Below, piece by piece: positions 39,982 to 49,479 of a stretch of DNA of 64,000 nucleotides. The DNA lies in assembly GCA_049968755.1 (NCBI GenBank), contig JBMFQE010000004.1, positions 140,264 through 204,263 on the forward strand. Direction: 5' to 3'. Source of the stretch: Bacteroidales bacterium. Its GTDB lineage: Bacteria; Bacteroidota; Bacteroidia; Bacteroidales; DTGW01. Under the pieces are notes generated by a model. That model did no database searches. It had not been told where the DNA came from and saw only the letters and a program-made list of their open reading frames with translations. A program made the translations under genes and the position numbers. Within the stretch, counting starts at the first letter, position 1. The number at the start of each line of letters is the position of its first letter.

Positions 39982-40050
39982 CTATCCCTCCTCACGGTTG
40001 AGAAGAAAACCACGCCACCACCACCATATGTTATTCTGCTTGTATATCAT
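39982..40050 (-). CDS. trpL: trp leader peptide MIYKQNNIWWWWRGFLLNREEG (not in the ORF track)
   Basis: 22-aa ORF with four consecutive TGG codons directly upstream of the terminator and trpE. Confidence 0.9.
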   Translation of the reverse strand: MIYKQNNIWWWWRGFLLNREEG

Positions 40051-40132
40051 TTTTTGTTATCTTAGTCGCAAAGTAAATATAATTTTTGAAATATTTAAAA
40101 TTTTCAGCTAAAAATTTATTTCCGCACCCCGA

Positions 40133-40903
40133 CTAAATTCTTTCCACATCCGAGGTTTTTAGCCATCCATTATTTCCATCGGCAATGCGTATGCGCAGCC
40201 ATTCGCCTACCTGGTCAATAATCCATACCTTGGTGCCCTCGTGAACTACAAAAAGTTCGGTACCATTGTCGTCTGGTGAACTTTTGACCGTTACCGTCGA
40301 CGACATTACAATGGCTGTATTATGGGTGGTGCGTTCTTTTTTCAAGGATAAGCTATGGGATAGCGAAACTATGCTGACCAACAAAAGTAGTACAGCCCAA
40401 TAGAAACTTAATTTTTTTAGTCCCGGCAATGTAACAAAAAGATATATAGCAATTCCTATGAGCATAAGTACAAAGCTCGTCAGACTAATGAATGCCCAGA
40501 CGTCGGACGAAAATAAATGCGAAAATGTCCGCCACCAGCGCTTGAGAAAAAATTCGGGCAGTACATTAATTTTATCAACTACCATTGTTTGAGCTAGCTG
40601 CAGATTGAAATTTATTTCCTCATCATTGGGTTTCAGCAGCCGTGCACGTTCATAATTTAGAATGGCCTTCGGAATGTTCCTCATCTTGTAATAGGCATTG
40701 CCAAGGTTGAAATATAGGTCAGCCGACTCGTAATTTTTGCTCAGTATACTTTCATAAATTTTTGCTGCACTATCGTATTGAGCCGCTGTATACAATTGAT
40801 TGGCTCGAGCAAAATCCTTCATCAGTCCATTATTGGCCCTTACATTCCATGAATAAAGACTGCACAGTATCAAAAAGAACAACCATATATTTCGTCGGTT
40901 CAT
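40133..40903 (-). CDS. batE: BatE (TPR plus SH3)
   Basis: YFNLGNAYYK TPR; HEGTKV..W..I..GW SH3; last gene of the bat operon. Confidence 0.9.
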   Translation of the reverse strand: MNRRNIWLFFLILCSLYSWNVRANNGLMKDFARANQLYTAAQYDSAAKIYESILSKNYESADLYFNLGNAYYKMRNIPKAILNYERARLLKPNDEEINFNLQLAQTMVVDKINVLPEFFLKRWWRTFSHLFSSDVWAFISLTSFVLMLIGIAIYLFVTLPGLKKLSFYWAVLLLLVSIVSLSHSLSLKKERTTHNTAIVMSSTVTVKSSPDDNGTELFVVHEGTKVWIIDQVGEWLRIRIADGNNGWLKTSDVERI

Positions 40904-40908
40904 ATTTC

Positions 40909-42756
40909 CTATTTTTTAAAGTTCTGCTCAAATTTGCTAATTACCTGGATAGCATTTTGATAAACATCCTGCATATGCCCGCTTCCCTGAGCCGGAGCGT
41001 AACGGGCAAACTCGCAATGATCGAGTAATTTCATCAGTTCATCAACTATTTCGTTAGAGATATTATGCAGAGCAGCTAACTCGTATACTTTTTCACGGGA
41101 AAGGTCGGCTAGCGGAATATTAAATTTATCACTTACATAGCCCCATAGCGCTTTCAGTACATTTTCATAGAATTTTTCTTCGAGCTGTGCCTCGAGATTT
41201 TCCTTTGCAATTTGTAAGCGTCTGATAGCTATTTTATTGGCTTTTCGTAGCCTTACACCAGCCACATCGGCATTTGCCCTTATCTGGTTGCGCATAAACC
41301 ACACAAAAAGCCCAAAAAGCATAAGCGAAATGGCATACATCGCCCCAAACAAGGGTTGAGCTATCAAAAATTCGTCTTTTCTGTTAAGATTCAAATTTTT
41401 GGTTTTTATAAACTGGATGTCTTTCCCCAAAAATTTAACATCCTCCCTGTCTACTCCCTGGACAATGGTTGTTTTACCCTCGTCGGCGCTTTTTTCGACA
41501 TTTATTACTAACTCGCCGCTTGAGGCAGTCTTATATTGTTTGCTTTGCAGGTCGAACCAGGTAAATTCGATAGGCGCTATTTTAAAAGTGCCTGAATGAC
41601 GCGGAATAATAAGGTATTCGAACGACTTGCTACCCTCAATACCATTGAGTGTGGCCTTTGTGTTAACCGTAACCTTAGGATCATAAGTTTCGAAATCAGT
41701 GGGAAATTTGATATCGAAAGGTTGAATAATTTTCAGATTACCATTTCCAGAGATGGTAATTTTAAGGTTGATAGCGTCGTTGGTTTTTACGTTTTGCTTA
41801 TCAAGTGAAACATTAAAGGTATAATTACCCACCGCACCTTTAAAACTCTGGGGGGCATTGCCTGGCAGGGCTTTAACGGTGATTTTAACAGGCTTACTGC
41901 TAATTTTTTTGCGGATTTCCCGTACCTGAGGCCCCCAGAAATCGTCCCAGATGCTCCGGGGCCGGCGCGATACGGGAACTTGTACCACCGCCTGAAGTGA
42001 AAAAGGCTCGATGGTAACCTGTCCGGCATTTTGTGGAATAAGTACCATCCGCTGTAAAATGCCAGTACCATATACCTGACCGTTTATGACCTCGCGTTCG
42101 AGATGCTGCAAGGGGGGCGTCTCAATATCCTGACGGAAAAATCCGTTGAACGAAGGATAGTCAACCTTCTCAATACTTGAAATATTGAGTCGGGAATACA
42201 ATTTTATAGTCGCTATAATTTTTTCGCCTTGGTAAGCTGTAGTTTTATCGACCAGGATACGCACAAACAGATCGTCGTTGCCAGCTTCGGCTACAACCTC
42301 ATCCTGGTTACCAGCCGATGTTCCTTCATTGCCCGATTGCGTAGAGGCACTGCCTGGGATTCCTGCAGCAGCTTTACCCGATGCAACCACTTCGATAGTG
42401 AGACTGTTGGAAAGGTACGACTTACCATCAACAGTTGCCTTGGCAGGGTCGATGGTATAGGTGCCGGCTTTAGTGGCAGTAAAGTAATAGCTGTAGCTGA
42501 AGGTAACATTCTGTGTTACCCTGCCATTGATGTACTGGATACTGGTACTGCTCGACTGACTGGGACCACCAATCAGGCTAAACCCCTTAAACTCGGGTGG
42601 ACGAAAACCCGAGGGCTGGGCATTGATGGTAAAAGTAATCTCGAACTGTTCACCCACCTCAACTACCCGTGGTCCACTGGCTGTAAACTGAATATTATCA
42701 GCACGGAGAGTATTGAGGAAAATAAATATGCCAATGAGTGAAAAAATATATTTCAT
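40909..42756 (-). CDS. batD: BatD
   Basis: GPSQSSS, FKGAVG, FETYDPK, CEFARYAP. Confidence 0.9.
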   Translation of the reverse strand: MKYIFSLIGIFIFLNTLRADNIQFTASGPRVVEVGEQFEITFTINAQPSGFRPPEFKGFSLIGGPSQSSSTSIQYINGRVTQNVTFSYSYYFTATKAGTYTIDPAKATVDGKSYLSNSLTIEVVASGKAAAGIPGSASTQSGNEGTSAGNQDEVVAEAGNDDLFVRILVDKTTAYQGEKIIATIKLYSRLNISSIEKVDYPSFNGFFRQDIETPPLQHLEREVINGQVYGTGILQRMVLIPQNAGQVTIEPFSLQAVVQVPVSRRPRSIWDDFWGPQVREIRKKISSKPVKITVKALPGNAPQSFKGAVGNYTFNVSLDKQNVKTNDAINLKITISGNGNLKIIQPFDIKFPTDFETYDPKVTVNTKATLNGIEGSKSFEYLIIPRHSGTFKIAPIEFTWFDLQSKQYKTASSGELVINVEKSADEGKTTIVQGVDREDVKFLGKDIQFIKTKNLNLNRKDEFLIAQPLFGAMYAISLMLFGLFVWFMRNQIRANADVAGVRLRKANKIAIRRLQIAKENLEAQLEEKFYENVLKALWGYVSDKFNIPLADLSREKVYELAALHNISNEIVDELMKLLDHCEFARYAPAQGSGHMQDVYQNAIQVISKFEQNFKK

Positions 42757-42797
42757 GGATCTAATTTTTTTAACCCAAACACTACCCATCAAAATTT

Positions 42798-43628
42798 TTA
42801 CCAATCTTTATCTGGGCGAATCCTGGCCCCTTTGGCCTGTTCCTTTTTTACCTTATCCTGCGTATTATTCTCATCGTTCTGTATGGCTTCCAACAGCTGA
42901 TTGGCCTGATCCTTGCTCATGCGGGTTCCCTGTGGAGCATTATCCTGTTTGTCCTTGCTGGGGTTATTTTGCTGTTCATTATTCCCCTGATTATTCTTTT
43001 TCTGGTCTATGTTCTGATTTTGATTGTTCTGGTTATTTTGCTGGTTGTTCTGATTTTGCTGATTCTGTTGATTTTGTTGATTCTGTTGGTTTTGTTGATT
43101 CTGTTGGTTTTGCTGAGGTGGATTTTTAAGGAGTTTCTGAGCCAACGCCAGGTTGTACTTAGTTTCAAGGTCGCGCGGATTGAGTCGAAGAGCCTGCTTG
43201 TATGCTTCAATGCTTTCCGCTATTTTTTTCGACTGCAAAAGTGAGTTACCCATGTTGTGATAGGCTTTCGCCAGATCGGGCTTTGCTAAACCACCAGAGC
43301 CTATTGCCTTCTGGTAAGCACCTGAAGCTTCTTCAAACTTATTTTGACGGTACAGAGCATTGCCCAGGTTGTACTGAGCAGCTGCAAAATTGTCATGTTT
43401 TTCCAAGGCTTTTCGGTATAAAATTTCGGCCTCGTTATAATTCTTATGCTCATATGCAGAATTCCCTTTACGGACATATTTTTTTTCCGATTTTTGTCCC
43501 TGTGCAGGAAATGAAATGAGGGTTGACAGCATGATTATCGCGGATAGTAGCACAAAACTCCGGCAATCCTTACAAATGCCGGCAATTGTTTTGCATATTT
43601 GGCTATATTTCAAATTATTCAGCACCAT
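42798..43628 (-). CDS. batC: BatC (TPR with Q/N-rich linker)
   Basis: YNLGNALY, YKQALRLNP, QQN repeats, C-terminal KDW. Confidence 0.9.
   Translation of the reverse strand: MVLNNLKYSQICKTIAGICKDCRSFVLLSAIIMLSTLISFPAQGQKSEKKYVRKGNSAYEHKNYNEAEILYRKALEKHDNFAAAQYNLGNALYRQNKFEEASGAYQKAIGSGGLAKPDLAKAYHNMGNSLLQSKKIAESIEAYKQALRLNPRDLETKYNLALAQKLLKNPPQQNQQNQQNQQNQQNQQNQQNQNNQQNNQNNQNQNIDQKKNNQGNNEQQNNPSKDKQDNAPQGTRMSKDQANQLLEAIQNDENNTQDKVKKEQAKGARIRPDKDW
43000..43115 (-). repeat. Imperfect 9-bp coding tandem repeat (QQN)n in batC
   Basis: CAACAGAAT/CAACAAAAT-type units. Confidence 0.8.
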
Positions 43629-43630
43629 GT

Positions 43631-44695
43631 TTATTTCCTCCCTGCGCCCTTTTTGTTACTGTTAAGGGTAAACTCAAAAAGTCTGAAGTTAGCCCATCGT
43701 TGGCTTTTGCGTTCAAAGATTAATAATTCCGTAAACAAAAGCAGCAGAGCCATTGCAAAAAAATACATGAATTGATCATTGTAGTCGGAATATATTTTGG
43801 CTTCGTATTCTTTTCGGTCGATTTTCTTCAGTTTATCCAGCAGTCTGTTGATTCCTGCCTGTGCATTGTTGCCGGGGATGTACTCTCCTCCGCCTGCTGT
43901 TGCTATTTTAATAAGCGTTTCTTCATCGAGCTTGCTGATGATAGTATTTCCTTCCCGGTCTTTTTTAAAATCGTAGGGGTTAAGCGGATTGACAGGAATG
44001 GGACTTCCTTCTGGGGTTCCCATACCAATGGTGTAAATAAGAATACCCCGCTCGTCGTGTAGTTGCTGGGCCAGTGAAACAGGATCCCCTTCATGGTCTT
44101 CTCCGTCGGTAATTACTACAATTACTTTTTGAAGCTCTGAAGGGGTAAACGAAGCAGCAGCCATTTGAATGGCTTTGGTAATAGCTGTTCCCTGCACAGG
44201 TACTATATTGGTATTAATATGGGAAAGAAACATCTTGGCCGAAACATAATCGGCAGTAATGGGTACCTGAATATATGCCTCACCGGCAAACACAACCAGG
44301 CCAATTTTATCATCCTCCAGCCGATCGATCAACTTAGAAAGGACTTGCTTTGATCGTTCGAGGCGGGAGGGCTGAATGTCCATGGCATTCATGCTGTTCG
44401 ACACGTCGAGGGCAATCATAATTTCAATACCCTTGCGCTTCACCTCTTGAAGTTTTGCGCCAATTTGTGGCCTGGCCAACCCCAAAATTAAAAATGCCAA
44501 GGCTAACAGATACAGGTAAAATTTCCAGATGGGTTTCGATAAGGATACATCGGGGGCAAGTTGCTGAATCAGCTGTGGATCACCAAATTCGGTTAATTTT
44601 TTTTGTCGACGTAATCGGGAGTAATGAAACCACACCGCCAGCATCGGCAGTAGTATAAGCAAATAAAGTAAATATGGATAAGCAAATCGAAACAT
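43631..44695 (-). CDS. batB: BatB (VWA domain)
   Basis: LARPQ, DVSNSM MIDAS, ITDGEDH. Confidence 0.92.
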   Translation of the reverse strand: MFRFAYPYLLYLLILLPMLAVWFHYSRLRRQKKLTEFGDPQLIQQLAPDVSLSKPIWKFYLYLLALAFLILGLARPQIGAKLQEVKRKGIEIMIALDVSNSMNAMDIQPSRLERSKQVLSKLIDRLEDDKIGLVVFAGEAYIQVPITADYVSAKMFLSHINTNIVPVQGTAITKAIQMAAASFTPSELQKVIVVITDGEDHEGDPVSLAQQLHDERGILIYTIGMGTPEGSPIPVNPLNPYDFKKDREGNTIISKLDEETLIKIATAGGGEYIPGNNAQAGINRLLDKLKKIDRKEYEAKIYSDYNDQFMYFFAMALLLLFTELLIFERKSQRWANFRLFEFTLNSNKKGAGRK

Positions 44696-44705
44696 AGTGC
44701 TATAT

Positions 44706-45698
44706 TTAGGGTAATGAAATGGTATAACCCTGCCGGATTGCGAACAAAGCCAGCAGGAGAACTAAGGCAGCCAAGCCAAATCTAAAATATTCCTCCTCAC
44801 GTTTTTTGTACTCTTTGATCTCGACTCGCGTCTTTTCCATTCGGTCTATCTCCTTATAAATTTCACGTAGCTTCTGGTTGTTGGTGGCCCTGAAATATTT
44901 ACCACCCGTTAGTTGAGCAATTTGTTGCAAGAGAGGTTCATCTATTTCTACCTCCATGTCCTGGTACTGGGTACCAAAGGGGGTCTGTACGGGATAGGGT
45001 GCCATACCCCGAGTTCCGACCCCAATGGTATAAATCCGGATACCAAATGTTTTAGCTATTTCGGCGGCAGTCATAGGAGCAATGCTTCCTTGGTTATTAA
45101 CCCCGTCGGTAAGCAGAATGATAACCTTACTGGGTGACTTGCTGTTTCGAAGACGGTTGACAGCAGTTGCAAGTCCCATCCCAATGGCTGTCCCATCCTC
45201 GATCATACCTGTCTTAATGTTTTTCAACAGATTGAGCAGGGTGGCATGATCAGTAGTGAGCGGACACTGGGTAAAACTTTCGGCAGCAAATACTACCAGT
45301 CCAATCCGGTCGTTTGGGCGGCCGGCAATAAATTCAGCGCCTACATCCTTGGCCGCTTCCAGCCGATTAGGTTTAAAATCGGCTGCTAACATACTGCCTG
45401 AAATATCGAGGGTAATGACAATGTCGATACCCTCCGAGCTAATGTTCTTCCATCGATTAGTCGACTGTGGCCGTGCCAGTGCAGTAATTATCAAAGCGAT
45501 AGCCAGCATCTGCATGGCAAATGCCAGATGTCGCAACCATACCTTTCCACTGGTTGGAGCACCTGCTAATCTCCTGACATCTGATACCTGAATAGCAGCC
45601 GTTGTGCTTTGCCATTTTTTTATGTACCAGAATATCAGAGGTAATAGCAACAGTAGCAATAAAAAGGCTTTCGGATTATCGAATACTATTTGACTCAT
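44706..45698 (-). CDS. batA: BatA (VWA domain)
   Basis: DISGSM, DGTAIG, LLTDG, TGGKYFRAT. Confidence 0.93.
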   Translation of the reverse strand: MSQIVFDNPKAFLLLLLLLPLIFWYIKKWQSTTAAIQVSDVRRLAGAPTSGKVWLRHLAFAMQMLAIALIITALARPQSTNRWKNISSEGIDIVITLDISGSMLAADFKPNRLEAAKDVGAEFIAGRPNDRIGLVVFAAESFTQCPLTTDHATLLNLLKNIKTGMIEDGTAIGMGLATAVNRLRNSKSPSKVIILLTDGVNNQGSIAPMTAAEIAKTFGIRIYTIGVGTRGMAPYPVQTPFGTQYQDMEVEIDEPLLQQIAQLTGGKYFRATNNQKLREIYKEIDRMEKTRVEIKEYKKREEEYFRFGLAALVLLLALFAIRQGYTISLP

Positions 45699-46699
45699 GG
45701 TTGTTTTTCATCAGTGGTTTGACTTTCTGAATTAACATTTTCGGACACTGATTGTAAGGTCTTCGAAACAAACTGATACGCCACGTGCCAGGCATTATCG
45801 TTTTCATCAGGTAAGGGTTCTGCCTTAGCAAATTTAACCAGGTCGGACAGTTGCAACATCTGGTGAAGCTCGTCGATCAAATTTTTGGGGATAGATTCCA
45901 AACCGTTGAGAGTTTGATAAATTTCGGGGGTGGTACTTTCCAATGCAGGTACCCCAAAACGGGCTTCGATGTATGCTCTAACAATATCCGTTAAACGAGA
46001 ATAATACTCTTTAAAATTTCCCTGTTGCCATAATTTGGCTCCCTTAAGTTTTTCGAGTTCCCGGAAGGCTATAACATGTGCTGGCTCGGCAGGTTTTTCC
46101 ATAAATGGGAAGAGTGGTTTCTGCTGTTTCCAGCGCATATACGCATATATGGCTGCAGCCACAAGCAGCAAGAAAAGCAGGCTGATCCCCATAAAAGGTA
46201 ATAGTTCCCTGATGGTCAACGGAAGCTTAATTATCGTTTTAATATCGGCAATTTTGGTAAGGTCTTTAATCGGGATGGTATTTACCGTAAGTATGACAGG
46301 GTCAGAAATAATTGAATCGCTGGTTGCCTGGCAAACGTATGGGAATACAATGGGACCTACCTGATATGTTCCGCTATCGAACGAGGTTACCAGATAACGT
46401 TGTTGGATACGCAGGCGTCCATCGGCCAGCGGGGTAGTGTCAATGGGGAAGAACTTCAATATTTCTATTTTACCAGCCAGCGAATCCCTGAAATTGGGTA
46501 AGGTAACCCTGGCCTCACGGGGTTGTTCTACCGTAACCGTAAGGTAAATTTGATCGCCAATAAGTATCTGGGCAGAATCAAAACGGGCGTCAACCCGGAT
46601 GGAGGGCTCACCCATCAATACCTCCAGCGAAGAGGTAGTGATAACCAACAATAAGGTCAAAAGGTATCGCAGCATAAATAAAAATTTATCTTTTCTCAA
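45695..46699 (-). CDS. Bat-operon membrane protein (DUF4381-like)
   Basis: ILIGDQI, TSFDSG, single TM, SDLVKFAK; position between DUF58 and batA. Confidence 0.8.
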   Translation of the reverse strand: MRKDKFLFMLRYLLTLLLVITTSSLEVLMGEPSIRVDARFDSAQILIGDQIYLTVTVEQPREARVTLPNFRDSLAGKIEILKFFPIDTTPLADGRLRIQQRYLVTSFDSGTYQVGPIVFPYVCQATSDSIISDPVILTVNTIPIKDLTKIADIKTIIKLPLTIRELLPFMGISLLFLLLVAAAIYAYMRWKQQKPLFPFMEKPAEPAHVIAFRELEKLKGAKLWQQGNFKEYYSRLTDIVRAYIEARFGVPALESTTPEIYQTLNGLESIPKNLIDELHQMLQLSDLVKFAKAEPLPDENDNAWHVAYQFVSKTLQSVSENVNSESQTTDEKQP

Positions 46700-47570
46700 A
46701 AAGTTGCATCAACGGCCGCACATAATCTTTTCCTGTATAAAACTGAGCTGTGTCGACGCCTACCCGGGAAAAGGCATTATTCAGGTTTTCGACATGCTTG
46801 AGCCACCATTTGTGGTAATGATCCCTCACAGCAGGAACTGAGGTATCTATCCACAGCTCTTTGCCCGTTTCGGCATCCCTTATTTTTAATAACCCTACGT
46901 TGGGAAGCGTAATTTCGCGGTAATCGATAACCTGCAAAGCTGCTACATCGTGCTTGCGATTGGCAATTTTAAGCGCATCAACAAACTGCAGTTCGTTATT
47001 ATCGTTATAGTCAATGAAGTCGGAAATGACAAATGCGGTACAACGCTTTTTGATGGAATTAGTAAGGTAACGCAAAGCCTCGGCAAGATTGGTGGTATGA
47101 TGTTCAGGCTCAAAAGCCAGCAGCTCACGTATGATGTGCAGGGTATGCTGCCGACCTTTCTGGGGATGTATTACTTTTTCAACGCGGTCGGAAAAAAACA
47201 TGGCCCCAATCTTGTCGTTGTTTTGAATAGCAGAAAACGCAAGTACCGCCGCTATTTCAGCAATAAGGTCCTTCTTCATCTGACGCTGTGTACCAAATAC
47301 TCGCGATCCGCTCACATCAATCAGCAGCATCACGGTAAGCTCCCTTTCCTCCTCAAATATCTTTACAAAAGGATGGTTGAACCTTGCCGTAACATTCCAA
47401 TCGATATTACGAATATCATCACCCACCTGGTACTCTCGAACCTCGGCAAAAGCCATCCCCTTGCCCTTAAAAGCACTGTGATATTCTCCAGCAAAAATAT
47501 TTTTGGTTAGCTTACGCGAACGGATCTCGATTCGTCGAACTTTTTTAAGTATGTCGTTAACTTCTGCCAC
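46686..47570 (-). CDS. DUF58 protein
   Basis: FKGKGMAFAEVREY..GDDIRNIDWNVTAR, EEERE, DVSGS, ISDF. Confidence 0.93.
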   Translation of the reverse strand: MAEVNDILKKVRRIEIRSRKLTKNIFAGEYHSAFKGKGMAFAEVREYQVGDDIRNIDWNVTARFNHPFVKIFEEERELTVMLLIDVSGSRVFGTQRQMKKDLIAEIAAVLAFSAIQNNDKIGAMFFSDRVEKVIHPQKGRQHTLHIIRELLAFEPEHHTTNLAEALRYLTNSIKKRCTAFVISDFIDYNDNNELQFVDALKIANRKHDVAALQVIDYREITLPNVGLLKIRDAETGKELWIDTSVPAVRDHYHKWWLKHVENLNNAFSRVGVDTAQFYTGKDYVRPLMQLFEKR

Positions 47571-47573
47571 GGT

Positions 47574-47978
47574 CTATGTTTTTCGTTTCACCACGATGGT
47601 AAAAAACCATTCTTCTTTTTTCAGCTCAACCAGGAACACCTTGTTTTTGTCAACAAATACCCATTTATTCTCTCCAGCTTTCTTGTAATACTTGTTAAGC
47701 TCATCGGTACGCAATTTCAAATTCGAATAATCGCTCATCAGTTTGGTATGCGTACATACATTGCTTTCATCGAGAAAAAACAGGTACGTTTCTTCATTAT
47801 AGCGGTCGACAAATTTTATGTAGTTAAACGTTTTGTTTACAGCGCCTTCATCGAGGTCGAAGCTCGGATTGTTCTTTTGCATGGTTTTGATTATCTCCTG
47901 TTTGCTCATACCGATGAAATTGATTGGCTGTGCTTGTATTGTTGCTGCAAACAATAAACCTACTATCATTGCTTTCAT
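47574..47978 (-). CDS. Hypothetical secreted protein
   Basis: Signal-peptide-like N-terminus; co-oriented within the moxR-bat cluster. Confidence 0.75.
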   Translation of the reverse strand: MKAMIVGLLFAATIQAQPINFIGMSKQEIIKTMQKNNPSFDLDEGAVNKTFNYIKFVDRYNEETYLFFLDESNVCTHTKLMSDYSNLKLRTDELNKYYKKAGENKWVFVDKNKVFLVELKKEEWFFTIVVKRKT

Positions 47979-48041
47979 CTTTTTCGGGTATTAAAGATAT
48001 AGCCCGAAAGATAGTGAATTTTAGCAAAAAGAACGTATTTT

Positions 48042-49037
48042 TTAAGGAACTTCGATTGTGTTAAGTATTTCCGTAATAATATCCTCGGTTGTAATATTTT
48101 CGGCTTCGGCCTCATACGTAAGCCCAATACGATGCCTGAATACATCATGACATACGGCACGAACATCTTCGGGTATTACGTAACCGCGCCGCTTGATAAA
48201 TGCATAAGCCTTTGCAGCGGCGGCCAGATTGATACTGGCACGAGGCGAACCCCCATAGGCAATCATGGACACAAACTTTTCGAGCTTATATTCAGCAGGA
48301 TAACGGGTAGCAAATACAATATCGAGAATGTAACGCTCAATTTTTTCGTCCATGTAAACATCTTTCACCATCGACCTGGCCTTAACGATATCCTCGGGCT
48401 TTAGCACAGGCGAGGCTTTTGGGAAGGTATGCGACAAATTTTGCCGGATTATAAGGCGTTCTTCCTCTTTTCTGGGATAGGTAATGACCACCTTCAGCAT
48501 AAATCGGTCCATCTGGGCTTCGGGCAAGGGATAGGTCCCTTCCTGCTCAATGGGGTTCTGGGTGGCTAATACCAGAAAAGGCTGGGGAAGCTTATGTGTT
48601 TCCGAACCGATGGTTACCTGACGCTCCTGCATGGCCTCAAGCAAGGCACTTTGAACCTTGGCCGGTGAGCGGTTGATTTCGTCTGCCAGCACAAAATTCG
48701 CAAAGATGGGACCCTTGCGTACGATGAACTCTTCAGTTTTCTGACTATAAATCAGCGTACCTATCAGGTCGGCAGGAAGCAGGTCGGGTGTAAACTGAAT
48801 ACGACTAAATTTGGCATCAATGGCATTGGCCAGTGTGTTGATCGCCAACGTCTTTGCTAAGCCAGGCACCCCTTCCAACAGTATGTGACCATCGGACAAA
48901 AGCCCAATTAATAAGCTCTCTATCAAATGCTTCTGCCCAACTATGACCTTGTTAATCTCCATCGACAAAATGTCGACAAAGGCACTCTCCTGCTGGATGC
49001 GCTCGTTAAGTTCCTTAATGTTAATACTCGTTTGCAT
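48042..49037 (-). CDS. MoxR family AAA+ ATPase
   Basis: LEGVPGLAKT, RIQFTPDLLPAD, DEINR, ATQNPIEQEGTYPLPEAQMDRF. Confidence 0.95.
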   Translation of the reverse strand: MQTSINIKELNERIQQESAFVDILSMEINKVIVGQKHLIESLLIGLLSDGHILLEGVPGLAKTLAINTLANAIDAKFSRIQFTPDLLPADLIGTLIYSQKTEEFIVRKGPIFANFVLADEINRSPAKVQSALLEAMQERQVTIGSETHKLPQPFLVLATQNPIEQEGTYPLPEAQMDRFMLKVVITYPRKEEERLIIRQNLSHTFPKASPVLKPEDIVKARSMVKDVYMDEKIERYILDIVFATRYPAEYKLEKFVSMIAYGGSPRASINLAAAAKAYAFIKRRGYVIPEDVRAVCHDVFRHRIGLTYEAEAENITTEDIITEILNTIEVP

Positions 49038-49479
49038 AAATTTTAGCGTTTCTTTGCTTACAAAGTTCCATATTTTCAAACGTTAGCCAAAGCAAAAATT
49101 TCTTACCAGTTGTTAAAATTTCTTAATATTAAGGGGACGTACACTACCAAGGTATAGCAATTAAGCCAATTGTCATACGATGGATCTTGACAATACATTT
49201 TTACCGCTGGATTGTTTTCCAATAGCACCGTTGGCATAAGAAAGTATTTATTTATACCTACAATTCCTGAAAACAAATTGACGAATCCATATTTATTTCT
49301 CTTGAAAATAATATAATGCCTGGAATCCATGTTAAATTTATAAGCAGTATTAAAATCATCGCTATGCAAGCCATTTCCGCATTTTTCCACTTAAAAAATA
49401 AAAAATTACACTTTTGGTAATGGGTTATACCGTACCTTTGCCCAATGAAAATTTGGAAATATTGAAAACATAAAAGCAA

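Noticed and set aside
42960-43115. Q/N tandem repeat as a contingency locus
   Set aside because: In-frame, degenerate 9-bp units; a Q/N/K-rich linker is normal for BatC
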